Shown: positions 35,369 through 47,491, counted from the stretch's first letter. The stretch is 64,000 nt of DNA from Actinomycetes bacterium (GCA_037622205.1 JASJJZ010000070.1:119-64118), one strand, 5' to 3'. Translations and numbers: made by a program. Notes: generated by a model not told the origin, from the letters alone.

Positions 35369-38300
35369 TTTTCATTCAATAAATCAGCTGGCCGCACAGT
35401 TTCATTTGAGCCAACATAATGAAATGCTGCGCTGATATTTTCAATCTTGATTCCAAATAACTTTGAGTAAGCCAGGCGATACATCGCTAATTGAATTGCG
35501 GCTGCTGCTAAGTCAGCTCCGCTCTTATTTTTGCCCGTCTTCCAATCAACTACTTCATAGCGCCCATTGCTCTCATAGACCGCATCAATTCGGCCTCGCA
35601 ATAAGACCCCACCGAGCACAGTTTCGAATGGCACTTCAATTCCACCGGGCGCCGGATCGCGTTTAGCCCAATCACTTTCCAACCACCTAGCTTTCAAATC
35701 TTCGAGCGGTATCTCATCTGGATTGTTTTGGCTTGCTGCCACTTCATACAAATCATCTTCATCCAAAACTTGTGGGTCCTTATATTGTGCCTCAATCCAA
35801 AGATGGAATGCAGTTCCTCTTCTCGCATATTTATCGATGTGATTTGGCATTGGTCGTCTAATATTTAAAGCCAGTGAATCTGGATCTTCGGCAAGGTTTA
35901 CTAAAGTTGAAACAGACATTCGAGTGGGAAGCTTTACCTGAAGATTTGCTTTTCGCATCCCAGCTTCAGCGATTAAGGCAATTGCATCATTTGCGAATTC
36001 AATTTCCTCTGGAGTTTTTGCTGCGCCTAATAAATCTTGAGGCGTTGCGAAGATAGAACTTTTCGCGACAAAATCTGCGCTTTCACGTATTAGTTCAGAG
36101 CGGGGAGATTTTGCTGGCCAGATTCCAGTTCTAGGATTTGTTCGAGTTGGATTCTCGGAAGTGGGTTTAGCCATTTCAAAGATCTTATTCTTCAAATCTC
36201 CAGAATCTCCCGAATCGACGACTGCTTCAACTAAGTTATAGAGCGAACTGGCATCCACTGAGTCCATGCCATTACCAAACCAAGATGCAGTAGCGAGTAA
36301 ATTGATTTTTGCACGGGTGAATGCCACGTAAGCCAATCGCCACTCTTCTTCTTCGCGGCGCTTCTTCCACGACTCCTTTACAACATCAAGAGCTTTACGA
36401 ACTTCTACATGCTTTGGTGAATTTGATGGAAATTCAAAGTCATCAAATTGAGTCGCGTCCCCACGAAGTGAAATTGGGAGCGCTGCTGAATTTGAAGTCC
36501 AGAGATCTAAATTTTTGCCCGAACTTGGGAAGTTTTCGGTAACCAGACCTGGAACCGATACAAAATCCCACTCCGAACCTTTAGCCGCATGAATTGTCAG
36601 AATCTGAACTGCATGCTTGTTGGCAGCAACTGATACTGGCTTTAGACCGCCCTCTTCTGAATCTGCAATTTTTAACCACTCTAGGAAAGTTGAGATAGTT
36701 CCACCATTTCGCGCAAACTTTGCAGCTTCATCCAAGAAGGCATCTAGGTGCTTACGGCCTTGGGCGAAGCCATCTCGAACCATGACTTCGGTATCCAAAA
36801 ATAGGAAGCGCTCGGCCTCCATAATTGCATCAGTGATTGAACCAGTTAAATATCTACGCAATTCACGTAACTCAGTAGAAAATTTTAAGATTCTTTCATA
36901 ACCAACTTCAGAGAAGTTATCTCGTGGTGCTTTCTCAAAGACTTCAAGGGCTTCGATAGCGCTGCCCATTGCAAATTCTTCAGCATCCATTACATCAGCG
37001 TTAGGCGTCTCCATTATTTTGCCAACGGTTTTACTAAGTGATTGATCAAAATTTGCGATTAAAGATCTAGAGAATTTTCCTAGGGCGGCCAAATCCTTTG
37101 CTCCGATTGCGAGGCGTGGTCCAGTTAGTAATCGCATTAGTGAGCTGCCATTGTCCGGGAAAGTTAAAATGCGAAGTAGAGCCAAAATATCGGCGACTTC
37201 CGGAACGTGGATTAACCCGCCGAGTCCGACAACTTCGACTGGGATATTTTTTGATCGCAGCGCCTGTTCGATTTCACTTATATATTTACGTGAGCGAACT
37301 AAGACTGCGAAAGTTTGCGGTGAATCAGCATCAGCCACTCGTTCTGGGGCAAACCAATGTTTCTCAAAGTGTTCAGCTATGCCTGTAGCTTCCATGGCGA
37401 GAGTTTCATACTGTCCACATAACAATGCACCCCCGGCCGCGCCTGGTCGAAGTTTTAACCGCTTTACACTCGCGGCTTTACCGCCTCTAGCGACAATTAA
37501 TTGACCAATTTTATCAACGGTCTGATTTGCAATCTCTAGAATATTTTCATCATTTCGCCAAGTTGTAAGCAGGTTATGTTCGATGCATTCACTCGAAGAA
37601 TCTCCTACGAAGTGTCTGCCGAAGGTGTCTAAAGTTTGCGCACTAGCGCTACGCCACCCATAAATCGCTTGGTTTGGGTCCCCCACTGCAGTCACGGCAT
37701 GGCCATTTCCGAAGAGGGCGGATAAGAATTTAACTTGGCTAACTGAAGTATCTTGATACTCATCTAATAAAACAATTTTATACTTAGCACGCTCGGCATC
37801 GATTATTTCTTGGCCAAATTCGCCATTAACAAGTTTTGCAACAAGTGACATCTGATCATTAAAGGTTAGCAAGCCACGTTCAAAACGATATCTCTCATAC
37901 TCATCAACCATTGGTAGAATTGCCAATCGTTCTTTGAGCGATGACTGCAAGTCGCGAACTGGATCATTTGACTGACTATCTGAAATCGTTAAAAATTTAT
38001 CAAGTATCGATTCGCAAAATTCACGGACCTCGGAAGTTGTTCTCCCATGCTCCCCAAGTGCAGCGGATAAGCCCATTACTTTATCTACGATTGTTTTGGC
38101 GGAGTGCGAGATATCGTTTCCATTGGTCGCCTCACCAGCAAAATTATTTACAATATTATTTGCAATCTGCCAAGCCGCAGCTTCGCCAATCGGATCAGAA
38201 GATGCATCGACGCCAATTCTGATTGCATGTTCAGATAAAACTCGACCTGCGTATGAATGATAGGTCGATACCGATACTGCAATATCTAACTCACTTTTAC

Positions 38301-38646
38301 TCACCGCATCCATTGGAAGTAATCCAATTTTACGAAGTTGGCGCAGCCGTTTTCGAATTCGAGATGCAAGCTCACCCGCTGCTTTTCTGGTGAAAGTTAA
38401 ACCAAGAATTTCCTCCGGTTTCACAATTCCATTTGCAACGAGCCAGAGCACACGAGCACTCATAGTCTCGGTCTTTCCAGAACCGGCACCAGCGATTACA
38501 ACAGTGGGGCCAAGGTGCAAAGATTCGATAATTGGAATTTGTTCTTCGCTGGGACCCTTGAATTTTGGATCGATAGTTCGAAGCGCATTGCCGATATCTA
38601 CAGCCGAATATTTGATTTCGTCCCTTTTAATTCCGTTCTCAATCAT
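35338..38646 (-). CDS. adnB: ATP-dependent helicase-nuclease subunit AdnB (UvrD-like motor plus RecB-type nuclease)
   Basis: AGAGSGKTE, LLDEYQDTS, and C-terminal GRIDAV..VVDWKTGK nuclease motif. Confidence 0.85.
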   Translation of the reverse strand: MIENGIKRDEIKYSAVDIGNALRTIDPKFKGPSEEQIPIIESLHLGPTVVIAGAGSGKTETMSARVLWLVANGIVKPEEILGLTFTRKAAGELASRIRKRLRQLRKIGLLPMDAVSKSELDIAVSVSTYHSYAGRVLSEHAIRIGVDASSDPIGEAAAWQIANNIVNNFAGEATNGNDISHSAKTIVDKVMGLSAALGEHGRTTSEVREFCESILDKFLTISDSQSNDPVRDLQSSLKERLAILPMVDEYERYRFERGLLTFNDQMSLVAKLVNGEFGQEIIDAERAKYKIVLLDEYQDTSVSQVKFLSALFGNGHAVTAVGDPNQAIYGWRSASAQTLDTFGRHFVGDSSSECIEHNLLTTWRNDENILEIANQTVDKIGQLIVARGGKAASVKRLKLRPGAAGGALLCGQYETLAMEATGIAEHFEKHWFAPERVADADSPQTFAVLVRSRKYISEIEQALRSKNIPVEVVGLGGLIHVPEVADILALLRILTFPDNGSSLMRLLTGPRLAIGAKDLAALGKFSRSLIANFDQSLSKTVGKIMETPNADVMDAEEFAMGSAIEALEVFEKAPRDNFSEVGYERILKFSTELRELRRYLTGSITDAIMEAERFLFLDTEVMVRDGFAQGRKHLDAFLDEAAKFARNGGTISTFLEWLKIADSEEGGLKPVSVAANKHAVQILTIHAAKGSEWDFVSVPGLVTENFPSSGKNLDLWTSNSAALPISLRGDATQFDDFEFPSNSPKHVEVRKALDVVKESWKKRREEEEWRLAYVAFTRAKINLLATASWFGNGMDSVDASSLYNLVEAVVDSGDSGDLKNKIFEMAKPTSENPTRTNPRTGIWPAKSPRSELIRESADFVAKSSIFATPQDLLGAAKTPEEIEFANDAIALIAEAGMRKANLQVKLPTRMSVSTLVNLAEDPDSLALNIRRPMPNHIDKYARRGTAFHLWIEAQYKDPQVLDEDDLYEVAASQNNPDEIPLEDLKARWLESDWAKRDPAPGGIEVPFETVLGGVLLRGRIDAVYESNGRYEVVDWKTGKNKSGADLAAAAIQLAMYRLAYSKLFGIKIENISAAFHYVGSNETVRPADLLNENQLISIVTGK

Positions 38647-41600
38647 TTATCAATCACCATCCGCCCTTGGGGCTGGATTGGGCAGAGCCCTTTAACGGCG
38701 CACATTCGACAGCGATCATTGACGGTTGCAGTGAATTCATTTGCTGACATTGCATCAGCGGCCGCAATGACTTCGGCCTTAATCGTTTCGTGATCTTTAA
38801 CCGTTTGGGGTTTTGCTGCTGCCGACTTTGAATCTGTTCCCAAGAATAATAATTCGGCGCCAGCGCTCTGCTTGCCTGGTGATTCATCAGTAAAGGCCTG
38901 CTCATAAACCGCAAGTTGATAGCCAGCTAACTGTTTATGATCTTCCGCCTTCTTCTTTGTAATATCCGGAGCACCAGTCTTTAGATCAACGATGTAGACC
39001 CGACCTTCGGCATCAACTTCTACCCGGTCGACACTTCCATTAAAGAGTGCCCGTCCAATTACCTTGGAAAATTCTGCTTCGACCGCAAAGAGGGTTCGCT
39101 TAGATTTATTTTCGAAGTGCCACTTATAAAATTTCTCAAGTTTTTCCAGGGCTAATTTAAATTGATAATCTCGAACCCAGCCCTTATTGCCATCAATTAA
39201 TTGCCAGCCATTTTCTAGCCTGGTTGCAAGTTCATCAAATGTTAAACCTGGTTCACCTTTCAACATTGCAGCAAGTGAGTGAATTGCAATTCCAAGAAGT
39301 TGCGCTGTGGAATCTCCGTCGCGACCACCACTCTTCTCAATAAACCACTTAAGCCCACATTCTGAGAAGGATTGCAGATTACTTGGTGAAACCGAAACTT
39401 CGGCATCGGGTGGTAGAACTGGTTCGACGCTACTTAGTTGTAATCCGCCTAGCCAATTTTCTACCTTTGCGCTCTGTATTTCTTTCTCAGCTAAAGTTTT
39501 TAATAATCTGGCAGCAAATTCTCTGCTTGTTGCACCCGAGTTTTCGGAGTTAGGAATTTCAAGATTTCGACGTAAGGTAGAAACTAAAGCTTGTGGTGTT
39601 AGGGATCTTGGAAGTTCGAGATTCTCGGCTTCAATTGAAGAAATTCCATGAACCGCTTCATAGATCTCTTCGAAATATTGTGACGGCTCTGAGTCATCTT
39701 CTTTCGAATATGCCGTAACAACTAAGGCCGTTTTCGCCCTAGAAATAGCTACTTTCAAGAGTCTGCGTTCATCCTCAACCAGCGCACTCGCCGCACTTGC
39801 TTCAATCTCGCGCCGGGCAGTTGATTGCGTTCGCTCTGATTCAACAAGTCGTTCACTACCGAGCAATGAGCCACGAGCTTTTAGATTCGGCCAGATTCCT
39901 TCCTGCAATCCAGTAATTGCGACCAGATCCCATTCCAGACCTTTCGCACTATGAACTGTCATAACGCTAACGACTTCGCCTCTCTGGCCATGAGCGGCAA
40001 TTGCATCGCTCTGAATTGATTCGCTAAGTATTTGATCTAAAAATAACTGTGGATCTGAACCTGGCATGCGTTCGGCAAAGCGTCGAGCAGATTCAAAGAG
40101 CGTAATCACTGCATCCAAATCTCGGTCTGCTGCCGCACCACGCATCCCACCTTTAAGTGCTCGATTTCGCCAGGTCATTGCAAGTGGGTCACCTTCATAA
40201 TTCTTTGCAGTGCTCCAGATTGCCCAAATTAAATCTGCGATATCTACTTTATTCAGACCTTTAGAGTTCATTTGCACAACTTTGCGAGCTTCTGCAATTA
40301 CATCAGCAACTCGTTTTAAGGAGAGCACCTGCTCCCAAGGAAGTGGGGCATCGTTGTTGTCGATAATCTCTAGAATTATCTGCGTTGAAGATTTTGCATC
40401 ATCACCAGGCTCACGTAATTTACCTAAATCGATTCGCATTTGACGAAGCGAGAGTGCATCTGCGCCACCAAACTCAGAAAATAAAACTTCTTCGACCAAA
40501 TCCCAATTGCTGGGAATTAATTTAATTCTTCCAAGTGCAATTTGAGCAATGGTTAAAATCGGTTTGATTGCTGGATTTTCGCCAAGGGCTTGGGCATCAG
40601 AATCTATTTTTACCGGAATGTTATTTAACGCAAAGGCTCTGGAAATCGCTGATACTCCCGCGCCCGGGGAACGCAGAATGACCGCCATCTGCGACCAGGC
40701 GATTCCATCTCGTAGGTGCGCAGTTCTAAAAGCATGGGCTATGAAATTTGCGCAATCGGATTGACTGGCAAGCTTTGCCACATTGATTCTGGGAGGAGCG
40801 TCTTTAGCGTCTTTAGCGTCTTCTCGCACCTGAATTGGCTTACCGGGATTTCTAAATTTTGCAGAAACCACATTACCTAATTCAGTAATCGCGGCTGGTG
40901 TTCGAATAGCGATGGTTAGTTCAAGAGTTTCAAAATTGTTCTGGGCAGCGTAAGCCCGCACGCCTTCTGGATCTGCGCCCCGAAATTGGCCGATTGCTGA
41001 TTGTGGATCAGCAAATAAAATTACCCGATCACTTGCAAGTAAATCTAGGAGTTCGCGCTGAGAATTATCACTCTCCTGAAACTCATCAATAATTATTGCC
41101 TTAAATTTATTCTGGAACGCCTCTTGAATCTTGGCTTTTTTCTTTAGATCAGAGATAGCCTGTGAAATAATCGAACTGGAGTCAATTCGTTTTGCAGCTC
41201 CGGAGATAAAGCCATAGCGAATCCCGAGAATCTCATCATAAATTTTCCAAAAATTAGCCGCCGGCTCCCACCATGGTTCATTTAGTAAATGGCCTCTCTC
41301 AACTAATTTCTTATAGGTGAAGCTGCGCTCACTTGCGCGAAGAATTAAATCTCTAAGTTCTCTGGCAAAACCTTTAGTTGAAAGCGCTGGTTCTAATACC
41401 TTTGGCCACTTAACTTGTGGCGAATATTCTGGGTTTGCTAATAGTTCACGAATAAATGAATCTTGTTCGGCACCAGAAATTAAAACATATTTAGGATCAT
41501 CAACATCGACTTGGGTATTTATTATTGAAAATGCAAGTGAGTGAAAGGTGCGAACAATGGGTTCAAAAGCATTCGCTCCAGATTGAATTACTATCTGATC

Positions 41601-41855
41601 GCGAAGCTCTGAAGCGCGTTCTCGGCCATAAGTTAAGACCAGAATTGAGTTTGGATCAATTCCCGATTTAATTTGGGAAACCACAGTTTCGATTAGCGTT
41701 GTGGTTTTGCCGGTTCCAGGTCCGCCAAAAACAATTAGCCTTGGTGACTTAGAATCAATTACAGCTTTCTCTTCAGTGGTTGGCACGAATTGCGAAGACG
41801 TTACGACAGGACGAATCAACTCAATCTTGCGTGTTGTCTTCTCGCTTCGGGCCAC
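38643..41855 (-). CDS. adnA: ATP-dependent helicase-nuclease subunit AdnA (UvrD-like motor plus RecB-type nuclease with C-terminal Cys cluster)
   Basis: GGPGTGKTT, IIDEFQES, GSVDRV..IVDLKTG nuclease motif and terminal CRMCAVKGLC. ATGA-type overlap with adnB. Confidence 0.85.
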   Translation of the reverse strand: MARSEKTTRKIELIRPVVTSSQFVPTTEEKAVIDSKSPRLIVFGGPGTGKTTTLIETVVSQIKSGIDPNSILVLTYGRERASELRDQIVIQSGANAFEPIVRTFHSLAFSIINTQVDVDDPKYVLISGAEQDSFIRELLANPEYSPQVKWPKVLEPALSTKGFARELRDLILRASERSFTYKKLVERGHLLNEPWWEPAANFWKIYDEILGIRYGFISGAAKRIDSSSIISQAISDLKKKAKIQEAFQNKFKAIIIDEFQESDNSQRELLDLLASDRVILFADPQSAIGQFRGADPEGVRAYAAQNNFETLELTIAIRTPAAITELGNVVSAKFRNPGKPIQVREDAKDAKDAPPRINVAKLASQSDCANFIAHAFRTAHLRDGIAWSQMAVILRSPGAGVSAISRAFALNNIPVKIDSDAQALGENPAIKPILTIAQIALGRIKLIPSNWDLVEEVLFSEFGGADALSLRQMRIDLGKLREPGDDAKSSTQIILEIIDNNDAPLPWEQVLSLKRVADVIAEARKVVQMNSKGLNKVDIADLIWAIWSTAKNYEGDPLAMTWRNRALKGGMRGAAADRDLDAVITLFESARRFAERMPGSDPQLFLDQILSESIQSDAIAAHGQRGEVVSVMTVHSAKGLEWDLVAITGLQEGIWPNLKARGSLLGSERLVESERTQSTARREIEASAASALVEDERRLLKVAISRAKTALVVTAYSKEDDSEPSQYFEEIYEAVHGISSIEAENLELPRSLTPQALVSTLRRNLEIPNSENSGATSREFAARLLKTLAEKEIQSAKVENWLGGLQLSSVEPVLPPDAEVSVSPSNLQSFSECGLKWFIEKSGGRDGDSTAQLLGIAIHSLAAMLKGEPGLTFDELATRLENGWQLIDGNKGWVRDYQFKLALEKLEKFYKWHFENKSKRTLFAVEAEFSKVIGRALFNGSVDRVEVDAEGRVYIVDLKTGAPDITKKKAEDHKQLAGYQLAVYEQAFTDESPGKQSAGAELLFLGTDSKSAAAKPQTVKDHETIKAEVIAAADAMSANEFTATVNDRCRMCAVKGLCPIQPQGRMVIDK

Positions 41856-41901
41856 AGGGCTATCTAACCCAAGTGCGCCGACATTTCCTGTTAAGCGCTA
41901 G

Positions 41902-43812
41902 CTATTCGGCGTTCTGATTGACCTTCTTGGCGCGCCCGACGTTACGTGCTCGCTCGTTTTGATCAAGAATTGTCTTGCGGACCCGGACGTGTTTTGGAGT
42001 TACCTCAACACATTCATCTTCGCGACAGAACTCAAGAGCTTGCTCCAGGTTCAATAATCTTGGCGGAATAATTCGGTTTGCATCATCAGCACCTGATGAA
42101 CGCATATTTGTTAGCTTCTTTTCGCGAACAATATTTACATCCATATCTTCGGTTCGGGAATTCTCACCAATAATCATTCCTTCATAAACTTCGGTGCCAA
42201 CTTCAAGGAAGATAACGCCGCGCTCTTGCACGCCATCAACTGCGTAAGCAGTAACAGTTCCCCGACGATCGGCAACAAGTGATCCGCTAAGACGGGTGCG
42301 AATTTCGCCATTCCAGTTTTCGTAACCATCAAATACGTGGTGGAGTAAACCAGTTCCACGAGTTTCGGTTAAGAATTCGGTACGGAATCCAATTAGGCCA
42401 CGTGATGGAACTTTGTAATCCATCCGAATCCAACCAGTACCGTGATTAACCATTTGTTCCATCCGGCCCTTACGAAGCGCCATAAGTTGGGTTACAACTC
42501 CAAGATAATCATCTGGAATATCAATGCTCAAACGTTCCATCGGTTCTTGTAGCTTGCCATCAACAGTTTTTACAACCACTTGTGGCTTACCAACTGTTAA
42601 CTCGAAACCTTCACGACGCATGATTTCAACGAGCACTGCAAGTTGTAATTCACCACGACCCTGAACTTCCCAAGTATCTGGACGTTCGGTATTTAGAACG
42701 CGAAGTGAGACATTACCGACTAGCTCAGCATCAAGACGGTTCTTTACTTGGCGCGCAGTAAGTAGTTTCCCTTCTTGTCCAGCGATCGGTGAAGTATTGA
42801 TACCAATTGTCATCGAAATTGATGGTTCATCAACGATGATTAGTGGAAGGGCATGTGGTTTTTCAAGATCGGCAAGAGTTTCGCCTAAGGTAATGGTTTC
42901 AATTCCGGCAATCGCCACAATATCTCCAGGGCCTGCTTCCTGCGCAGGAACACGTTCTAAACCATTAGTGATAAGCAGCTCAGCAATCTTTACGCGTTCA
43001 CTGGTTCCATCGGTCTTCATCCACATTACGCTCTCGCCTTTTTTGATTATGCCTTCGCGAATTCGGCAAAGTGCAAGACGGCCAAGATAAGGAGATGAAT
43101 CGAGGTTTGTGACGTGTGCCTGAAGTGGCGCACCTTCGTGATAAACCGGAGCCGGAATCGTATTGAAAATTACTTCGAATAACGCATCCAAGTTTTCGCG
43201 ATCTGGCATTACGCCATTTTCTGGACGGTTCATTGATGCGCGACCAGCTTTTGCTGAAGCGTAAACAACCGGGAATTCAATTTGATCATCATTCGCATCG
43301 AGATCCATGAATAAGCCGTAGGCCTCGTCAACAACTTCTGGAATACGTGAATCGGGACGGTCGACCTTATTAATTACCAAAATAACTGGCAGGTTTTTCT
43401 CTAGCGCTTTACGGAGCACGAAACGGGTTTGTGGAAGTGGTCCTTCAGATGCATCGACGAGAAGAATTACACCGTCAACCATTTCTAGTCCACGCTCTAC
43501 TTCACCACCGAAATCTGCGTGGCCTGGGGTGTCAATAATGTTTACAGTCTGGGCGCCGCGGCGAATTGAAGTGTTCTTCGCGAGAATTGTGATTCCCTTT
43601 TCGCGTTCCAGATCCATCGAGTCCATGACTCGGTCGCGGTTTTCGCCCTCTTTCTGGTGCTCAGAGAATGCACCTGATTGAGTCAACATCGCATCGACCA
43701 ATGTGGTCTTGCCATGGTCAACGTGAGCAATGATCGCTACATTACGGAGTTCATCGCGCTTCTTGAGTTCGCCAGTTATATATGGGCTTTTCTCGTATCT
43801 TATTTTTGTCAT
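41902..43812 (-). CDS. typA: Translational GTPase TypA/BipA
   Basis: [23 protein letters not shown] and NKVDR motifs; 636 aa. Confidence 0.95.
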   Translation of the reverse strand: MTKIRYEKSPYITGELKKRDELRNVAIIAHVDHGKTTLVDAMLTQSGAFSEHQKEGENRDRVMDSMDLEREKGITILAKNTSIRRGAQTVNIIDTPGHADFGGEVERGLEMVDGVILLVDASEGPLPQTRFVLRKALEKNLPVILVINKVDRPDSRIPEVVDEAYGLFMDLDANDDQIEFPVVYASAKAGRASMNRPENGVMPDRENLDALFEVIFNTIPAPVYHEGAPLQAHVTNLDSSPYLGRLALCRIREGIIKKGESVMWMKTDGTSERVKIAELLITNGLERVPAQEAGPGDIVAIAGIETITLGETLADLEKPHALPLIIVDEPSISMTIGINTSPIAGQEGKLLTARQVKNRLDAELVGNVSLRVLNTERPDTWEVQGRGELQLAVLVEIMRREGFELTVGKPQVVVKTVDGKLQEPMERLSIDIPDDYLGVVTQLMALRKGRMEQMVNHGTGWIRMDYKVPSRGLIGFRTEFLTETRGTGLLHHVFDGYENWNGEIRTRLSGSLVADRRGTVTAYAVDGVQERGVIFLEVGTEVYEGMIIGENSRTEDMDVNIVREKKLTNMRSSGADDANRIIPPRLLNLEQALEFCREDECVEVTPKHVRVRKTILDQNERARNVGRAKKVNQNAE

Positions 43813-44897
43813 TAGTTATTAAACCTAAATTCCACTACATCGCCATCGGACATTACATATTCCTTGCCTTCCATACGGACCTTGCCGCGGGCTTTGGCTT
43901 CTGCCATTGAACCTGCATCAACTAAATCGCTAAATGCAACGATTTCGGCCTTAATGAAACCTTTTTGGAAATCGGTGTGAATTACACCGGCTGCGACTGG
44001 CGCAGTATCTCCCTTATGAATTGTCCAAGCGCGTGTTTCTTTTGGACCCGCAGTTAAATAAGTTTGTAAACCTAAAGTATTAAATCCGATGCGTGCCAAA
44101 GTCGCAAGACCTGGCTCTTCTAAACCAATTGCAGATAATAGCTCCATTGCATCGACATCATCGAGTTCAGCAAGTTCGGCCTCAGTTTTTGCATCTAAGA
44201 AAATCGCTTCAGACGGCGCAACCATTGCCGCTAACTTCTTACGGAGTTCAGAGTCACCAAGTTCTGTGGAATCAACATTAAAAACATATAAGAATGGTTT
44301 TGCGGTCATGAGATGTAGATCAGCAACCAGAGTTAAATCTAACTTTGAACCATAAAGTAATTTTCCGGCGTTCAATATCTCTTGCGCCTGCTTCACCGCT
44401 TCAAGAATTGGTGCAACTTCTTTCTTAATGCGCACTTCTTTCTCTAATCGTGGAAGCGCTTTTTCAATTGTTTGTAAATCTGCAAGTCCAAGTTCGGTAT
44501 TAATAACTTCAATGTCAGATGCCGGATCAACAAATGCGGCAGCTCGCTCGCCTTCGCGCATTACATTCTCATCATTGAAAACTCGGATGACCTGACAGAT
44601 CGCATCAGTTTCGCGAATATTTGCTAAGAATTTATTTCCAAGTCCAGCGCCTTCGGATGCACCCTTAACAATTCCTGCGATATCTACAAATGAGACAACA
44701 GCTGGCAAAATCTTTTCAGAGGTAAAAATCTCGGCAAGCTTTGGAAGTCGGGCATCTGGGACGCCGACCATTCCAACATTGGGTTCGATTGTGGCGAAGG
44801 GGTAATTAGCGGCCAGAACGTTGTTCTTGGTCAGAGCGTTAAAAAGGGTCGATTTACCCACATTTGGTAGTCCGACGATTCCAATTGAGAGGCTCAC
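43812..44897 (-). CDS. ychF: Ribosome-binding ATPase YchF
   Basis: [35 protein letters not shown] and C-terminal TGS domain. Confidence 0.95.
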   Translation of the reverse strand: MSLSIGIVGLPNVGKSTLFNALTKNNVLAANYPFATIEPNVGMVGVPDARLPKLAEIFTSEKILPAVVSFVDIAGIVKGASEGAGLGNKFLANIRETDAICQVIRVFNDENVMREGERAAAFVDPASDIEVINTELGLADLQTIEKALPRLEKEVRIKKEVAPILEAVKQAQEILNAGKLLYGSKLDLTLVADLHLMTAKPFLYVFNVDSTELGDSELRKKLAAMVAPSEAIFLDAKTEAELAELDDVDAMELLSAIGLEEPGLATLARIGFNTLGLQTYLTAGPKETRAWTIHKGDTAPVAAGVIHTDFQKGFIKAEIVAFSDLVDAGSMAEAKARGKVRMEGKEYVMSDGDVVEFRFNN

Positions 44898-44948
44898 AAG
44901 GAGTAGAGCCTACGGGGCTTTGTCAGTCCTTCCTGCCACGATACGGGC

Positions 44949-46103
44949 ATGGATGTAATTTTGGGCGTAATAATCGGGCTCGCTGTCGGCGCTCTCATAG
45001 GATTTCTCGTAAAAAGTGGCAGATCTAATTCTGATTCTGACAATAATCCACTTATCAAAGATCTCAAAGAGCAATTAGATCGCGAGAAGAGCTCCACTGC
45101 GGCCGCAACTAAATTGACCGATGAATTAGAAACCATGAAGAAGACCGTTGAAAAATTAACTGAGGCGGCAGGGGCTGCTGATTTACGGCGAGTTAGAGCA
45201 GAAACTGAAATTACCGAACAAGTTAAATCAATGGCTTCACATAATGAAAATTTAGTTAAGCAAACTCGCGCAATCGCCGGCGCGCTCGCAAGTTCGCAGA
45301 CCCGTGGAAAATTCGGCGAGGCGCATCTAGAGAAATTGTTAGAGAGCGCAGGCTTAATCGAGAATGAACATTTCACCAGACAATCCGCATCTGAAAAAAT
45401 TGGCGATTCTGGCGCAATCCCTGATGTCACAATAAATATGCCTGGTGGCAGCGTTATCTATATTGATTCTAAATTTCCCTTCCAAAGATTTTATGAAGCA
45501 TTTGAGACCGAAGATGATGCGCTTCGCAAGCAATTATTAGTGGAACATTCAAAAGATCTACTTGCGCATATTCAAGCCCTTTCAAAACGAAATTATGCCG
45601 ATCGCGGACCATCTCCAGATTTTGTAATTCTCTACGCTCCGATTGATGCAATTTTTATTGAAGCGGTAAAAGCAATCCCAGATTTCCTCGAAACTTCATT
45701 TCGTCTCGGTGTAACAATTGCAACGCCAACTTCAATGATGGCGCTACTTCGCACCGTCGGTTATTTATTTAGCCGAAATCGGGTGGCTGCAAATGCTGAA
45801 GAGATTCAAACTTTGGCAGTTAAGTTCCTGCGAGACATCTCATCACTTCATGACAAGATTGTGACTGTTGGCGATCGATTGAAGAGCACCCTGAAGGCCT
45901 ACAACGAGATGATTCCAACTGCCGAAACTACTGTGCTCAGTGCTGCGAAGAAGATGAAGGCGCTCGATGTTTCCGGAAAACCACTAAAAGCCCTTCCTGA
46001 AGTATCTGAAAATTTGCGAATCCTGGAGAGTAAATTAGCCTTAGATGCGCCAGAAGATTTTATTGAGGTCGAAGAGATTTCAGATGAGGACGATGAGAAA
46101 TGA
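44949..46103 (+). CDS. rmuC: DNA recombination protein RmuC
   Basis: N-terminal TM, coiled coil and RmuC nuclease-like domain (..IPDVTINMPGG..IYIDSKFP..). Confidence 0.88.
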   Translation: MDVILGVIIGLAVGALIGFLVKSGRSNSDSDNNPLIKDLKEQLDREKSSTAAATKLTDELETMKKTVEKLTEAAGAADLRRVRAETEITEQVKSMASHNENLVKQTRAIAGALASSQTRGKFGEAHLEKLLESAGLIENEHFTRQSASEKIGDSGAIPDVTINMPGGSVIYIDSKFPFQRFYEAFETEDDALRKQLLVEHSKDLLAHIQALSKRNYADRGPSPDFVILYAPIDAIFIEAVKAIPDFLETSFRLGVTIATPTSMMALLRTVGYLFSRNRVAANAEEIQTLAVKFLRDISSLHDKIVTVGDRLKSTLKAYNEMIPTAETTVLSAAKKMKALDVSGKPLKALPEVSENLRILESKLALDAPEDFIEVEEISDEDDEK

Positions 46104-46510
46104 GCGGCACTATTAACGGCGTTAAATCAAAGGCGGTAAAAGGCCCGGGGCTAAAAGTGCCTGGTGTCATTGTTCTGCAGTTCCTACTTATCTTGATCTT
46201 TGAAACTTTGGAATATACCTTCACAAAAGTTGGTCTCTTCACTGGTCTTGCAATTTTAATCTGCTTTCTCGGCGGTCTATATCTAGGACGGCCCGGTACT
46301 TCATTTACAAATGCCGTAAATCCGCCAATAGCTTTATTGATTTCAACGTTGCTAATAGTGGCAACAATCGGTGGAACTGGTTTTGCACCAGGAAAAATTG
46401 GCCTGGAATTGATTACTACGCTCTCTTCGGTTGCGCCGTGGTTAATAACTGGCGCCGTAATTGCCTGGGCTGCGCACTTTGCACTTATGCGCAAATATTC
46501 ACGGAAGTAA
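46100..46510 (+). CDS. Integral membrane protein (4 TM; DUF6542-like), function unknown
   Basis: ATGA overlap with rmuC; four hydrophobic segments. Confidence 0.55.
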   Translation: MSGTINGVKSKAVKGPGLKVPGVIVLQFLLILIFETLEYTFTKVGLFTGLAILICFLGGLYLGRPGTSFTNAVNPPIALLISTLLIVATIGGTGFAPGKIGLELITTLSSVAPWLITGAVIAWAAHFALMRKYSRK

Positions 46511-46525
46511 ATACCCGCCAAAAAA

Positions 46526-47491
46526 CTAAAGCTTTCCAGCCGCCTTTAAATCCTTACGAAGCTCTGGTGGAACAGAGAACAGTAGATGCTCTTCCATCGC
46601 AGTAACAGTCTCAACATCACCAAACCCGCGGCTAGCTAAATCCTTAAGTAAATCCGTAACCAAAATCTCTGGAACTGAAGCACCGCTTGAAACACCAATA
46701 ACTTCAACGCCTTCAAACCATTCGTCTTGGGCCTCTGCAGCAAAATCAATTAAGTACGCGGCTTTTGCCCCGTATTCAAGGGCAACCTCTACCAAACGAA
46801 CTGAGTTCGAAGAGTTCTTAGATCCAACAACAAGAACTAAATCAGCCTTTGGGGCAATCTCTTTTATCGCGACCTGACGATTCTGGGTTGCATAGCAAAT
46901 GTCATCACTTGGTGGATCTATCAAGTTTGGGAATCGCTTCTTCAGCGCTGCCACGGTTATGAGAGTCTCATCAACGCTTAACGTGGTCTGCGATAACCAG
47001 GCAACTTTATTTTCATCTGGAACTTTTATATCTTCGATGCCATCAATGCCATCGACCAAAATAATGTGATCTGGGGCTTCGCCCGCAGTGCCCTCAACCT
47101 CTTCATGGCCTTCATGGCCAATTAATAAAATAGTTAAATCTTCAGCGGCAAAGCGCTTAACTTCATGGTGCACTTTGGTTACTAGCGGACAAGTTGCATC
47201 AATTGTTTTTAAGTTTCGAGTAGCCGCACTTGCATGAACTGCTGGCGATACGCCATGGGCCGAGAAAATTACGGTCTGCCCCTCTGGGACCTCATCATTT
47301 TCGGAGACAAATATCGCCCCTCGAGCTTCAAGGGTTGAGACCACATGTTTGTTGTGGACAATTTCTTTGCGAACATAAACCGGCGCACCATATAAATCCA
47401 AGGCCTTTTCCACAGTGACGACAGCGCGATCTACCCCAGCGCAATATCCGCGCGGAGCAGCTAGTAAGACCCGCTTATTTCCTAAAGTCAT
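46526..47491 (-). CDS. ispH: 4-hydroxy-3-methylbut-2-enyl diphosphate reductase
   Basis: [18 protein letters not shown] and HEGHEEVEG motifs. Confidence 0.95.
   Translation of the reverse strand: MTLGNKRVLLAAPRGYCAGVDRAVVTVEKALDLYGAPVYVRKEIVHNKHVVSTLEARGAIFVSENDEVPEGQTVIFSAHGVSPAVHASAATRNLKTIDATCPLVTKVHHEVKRFAAEDLTILLIGHEGHEEVEGTAGEAPDHIILVDGIDGIEDIKVPDENKVAWLSQTTLSVDETLITVAALKKRFPNLIDPPSDDICYATQNRQVAIKEIAPKADLVLVVGSKNSSNSVRLVEVALEYGAKAAYLIDFAAEAQDEWFEGVEVIGVSSGASVPEILVTDLLKDLASRGFGDVETVTAMEEHLLFSVPPELRKDLKAAGKL

Noticed and set aside
44894-45430. 178-aa minus-strand ORF
   Set aside because: It is antisense to the coiled-coil region of rmuC and would overlap the ychF start. It has no motifs.
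46060-46521. 153-aa minus-strand ORF
   Set aside because: It is antisense to the 4-TM membrane protein gene that is ATGA-coupled to rmuC. The plus-strand frame shows clear TM periodicity.
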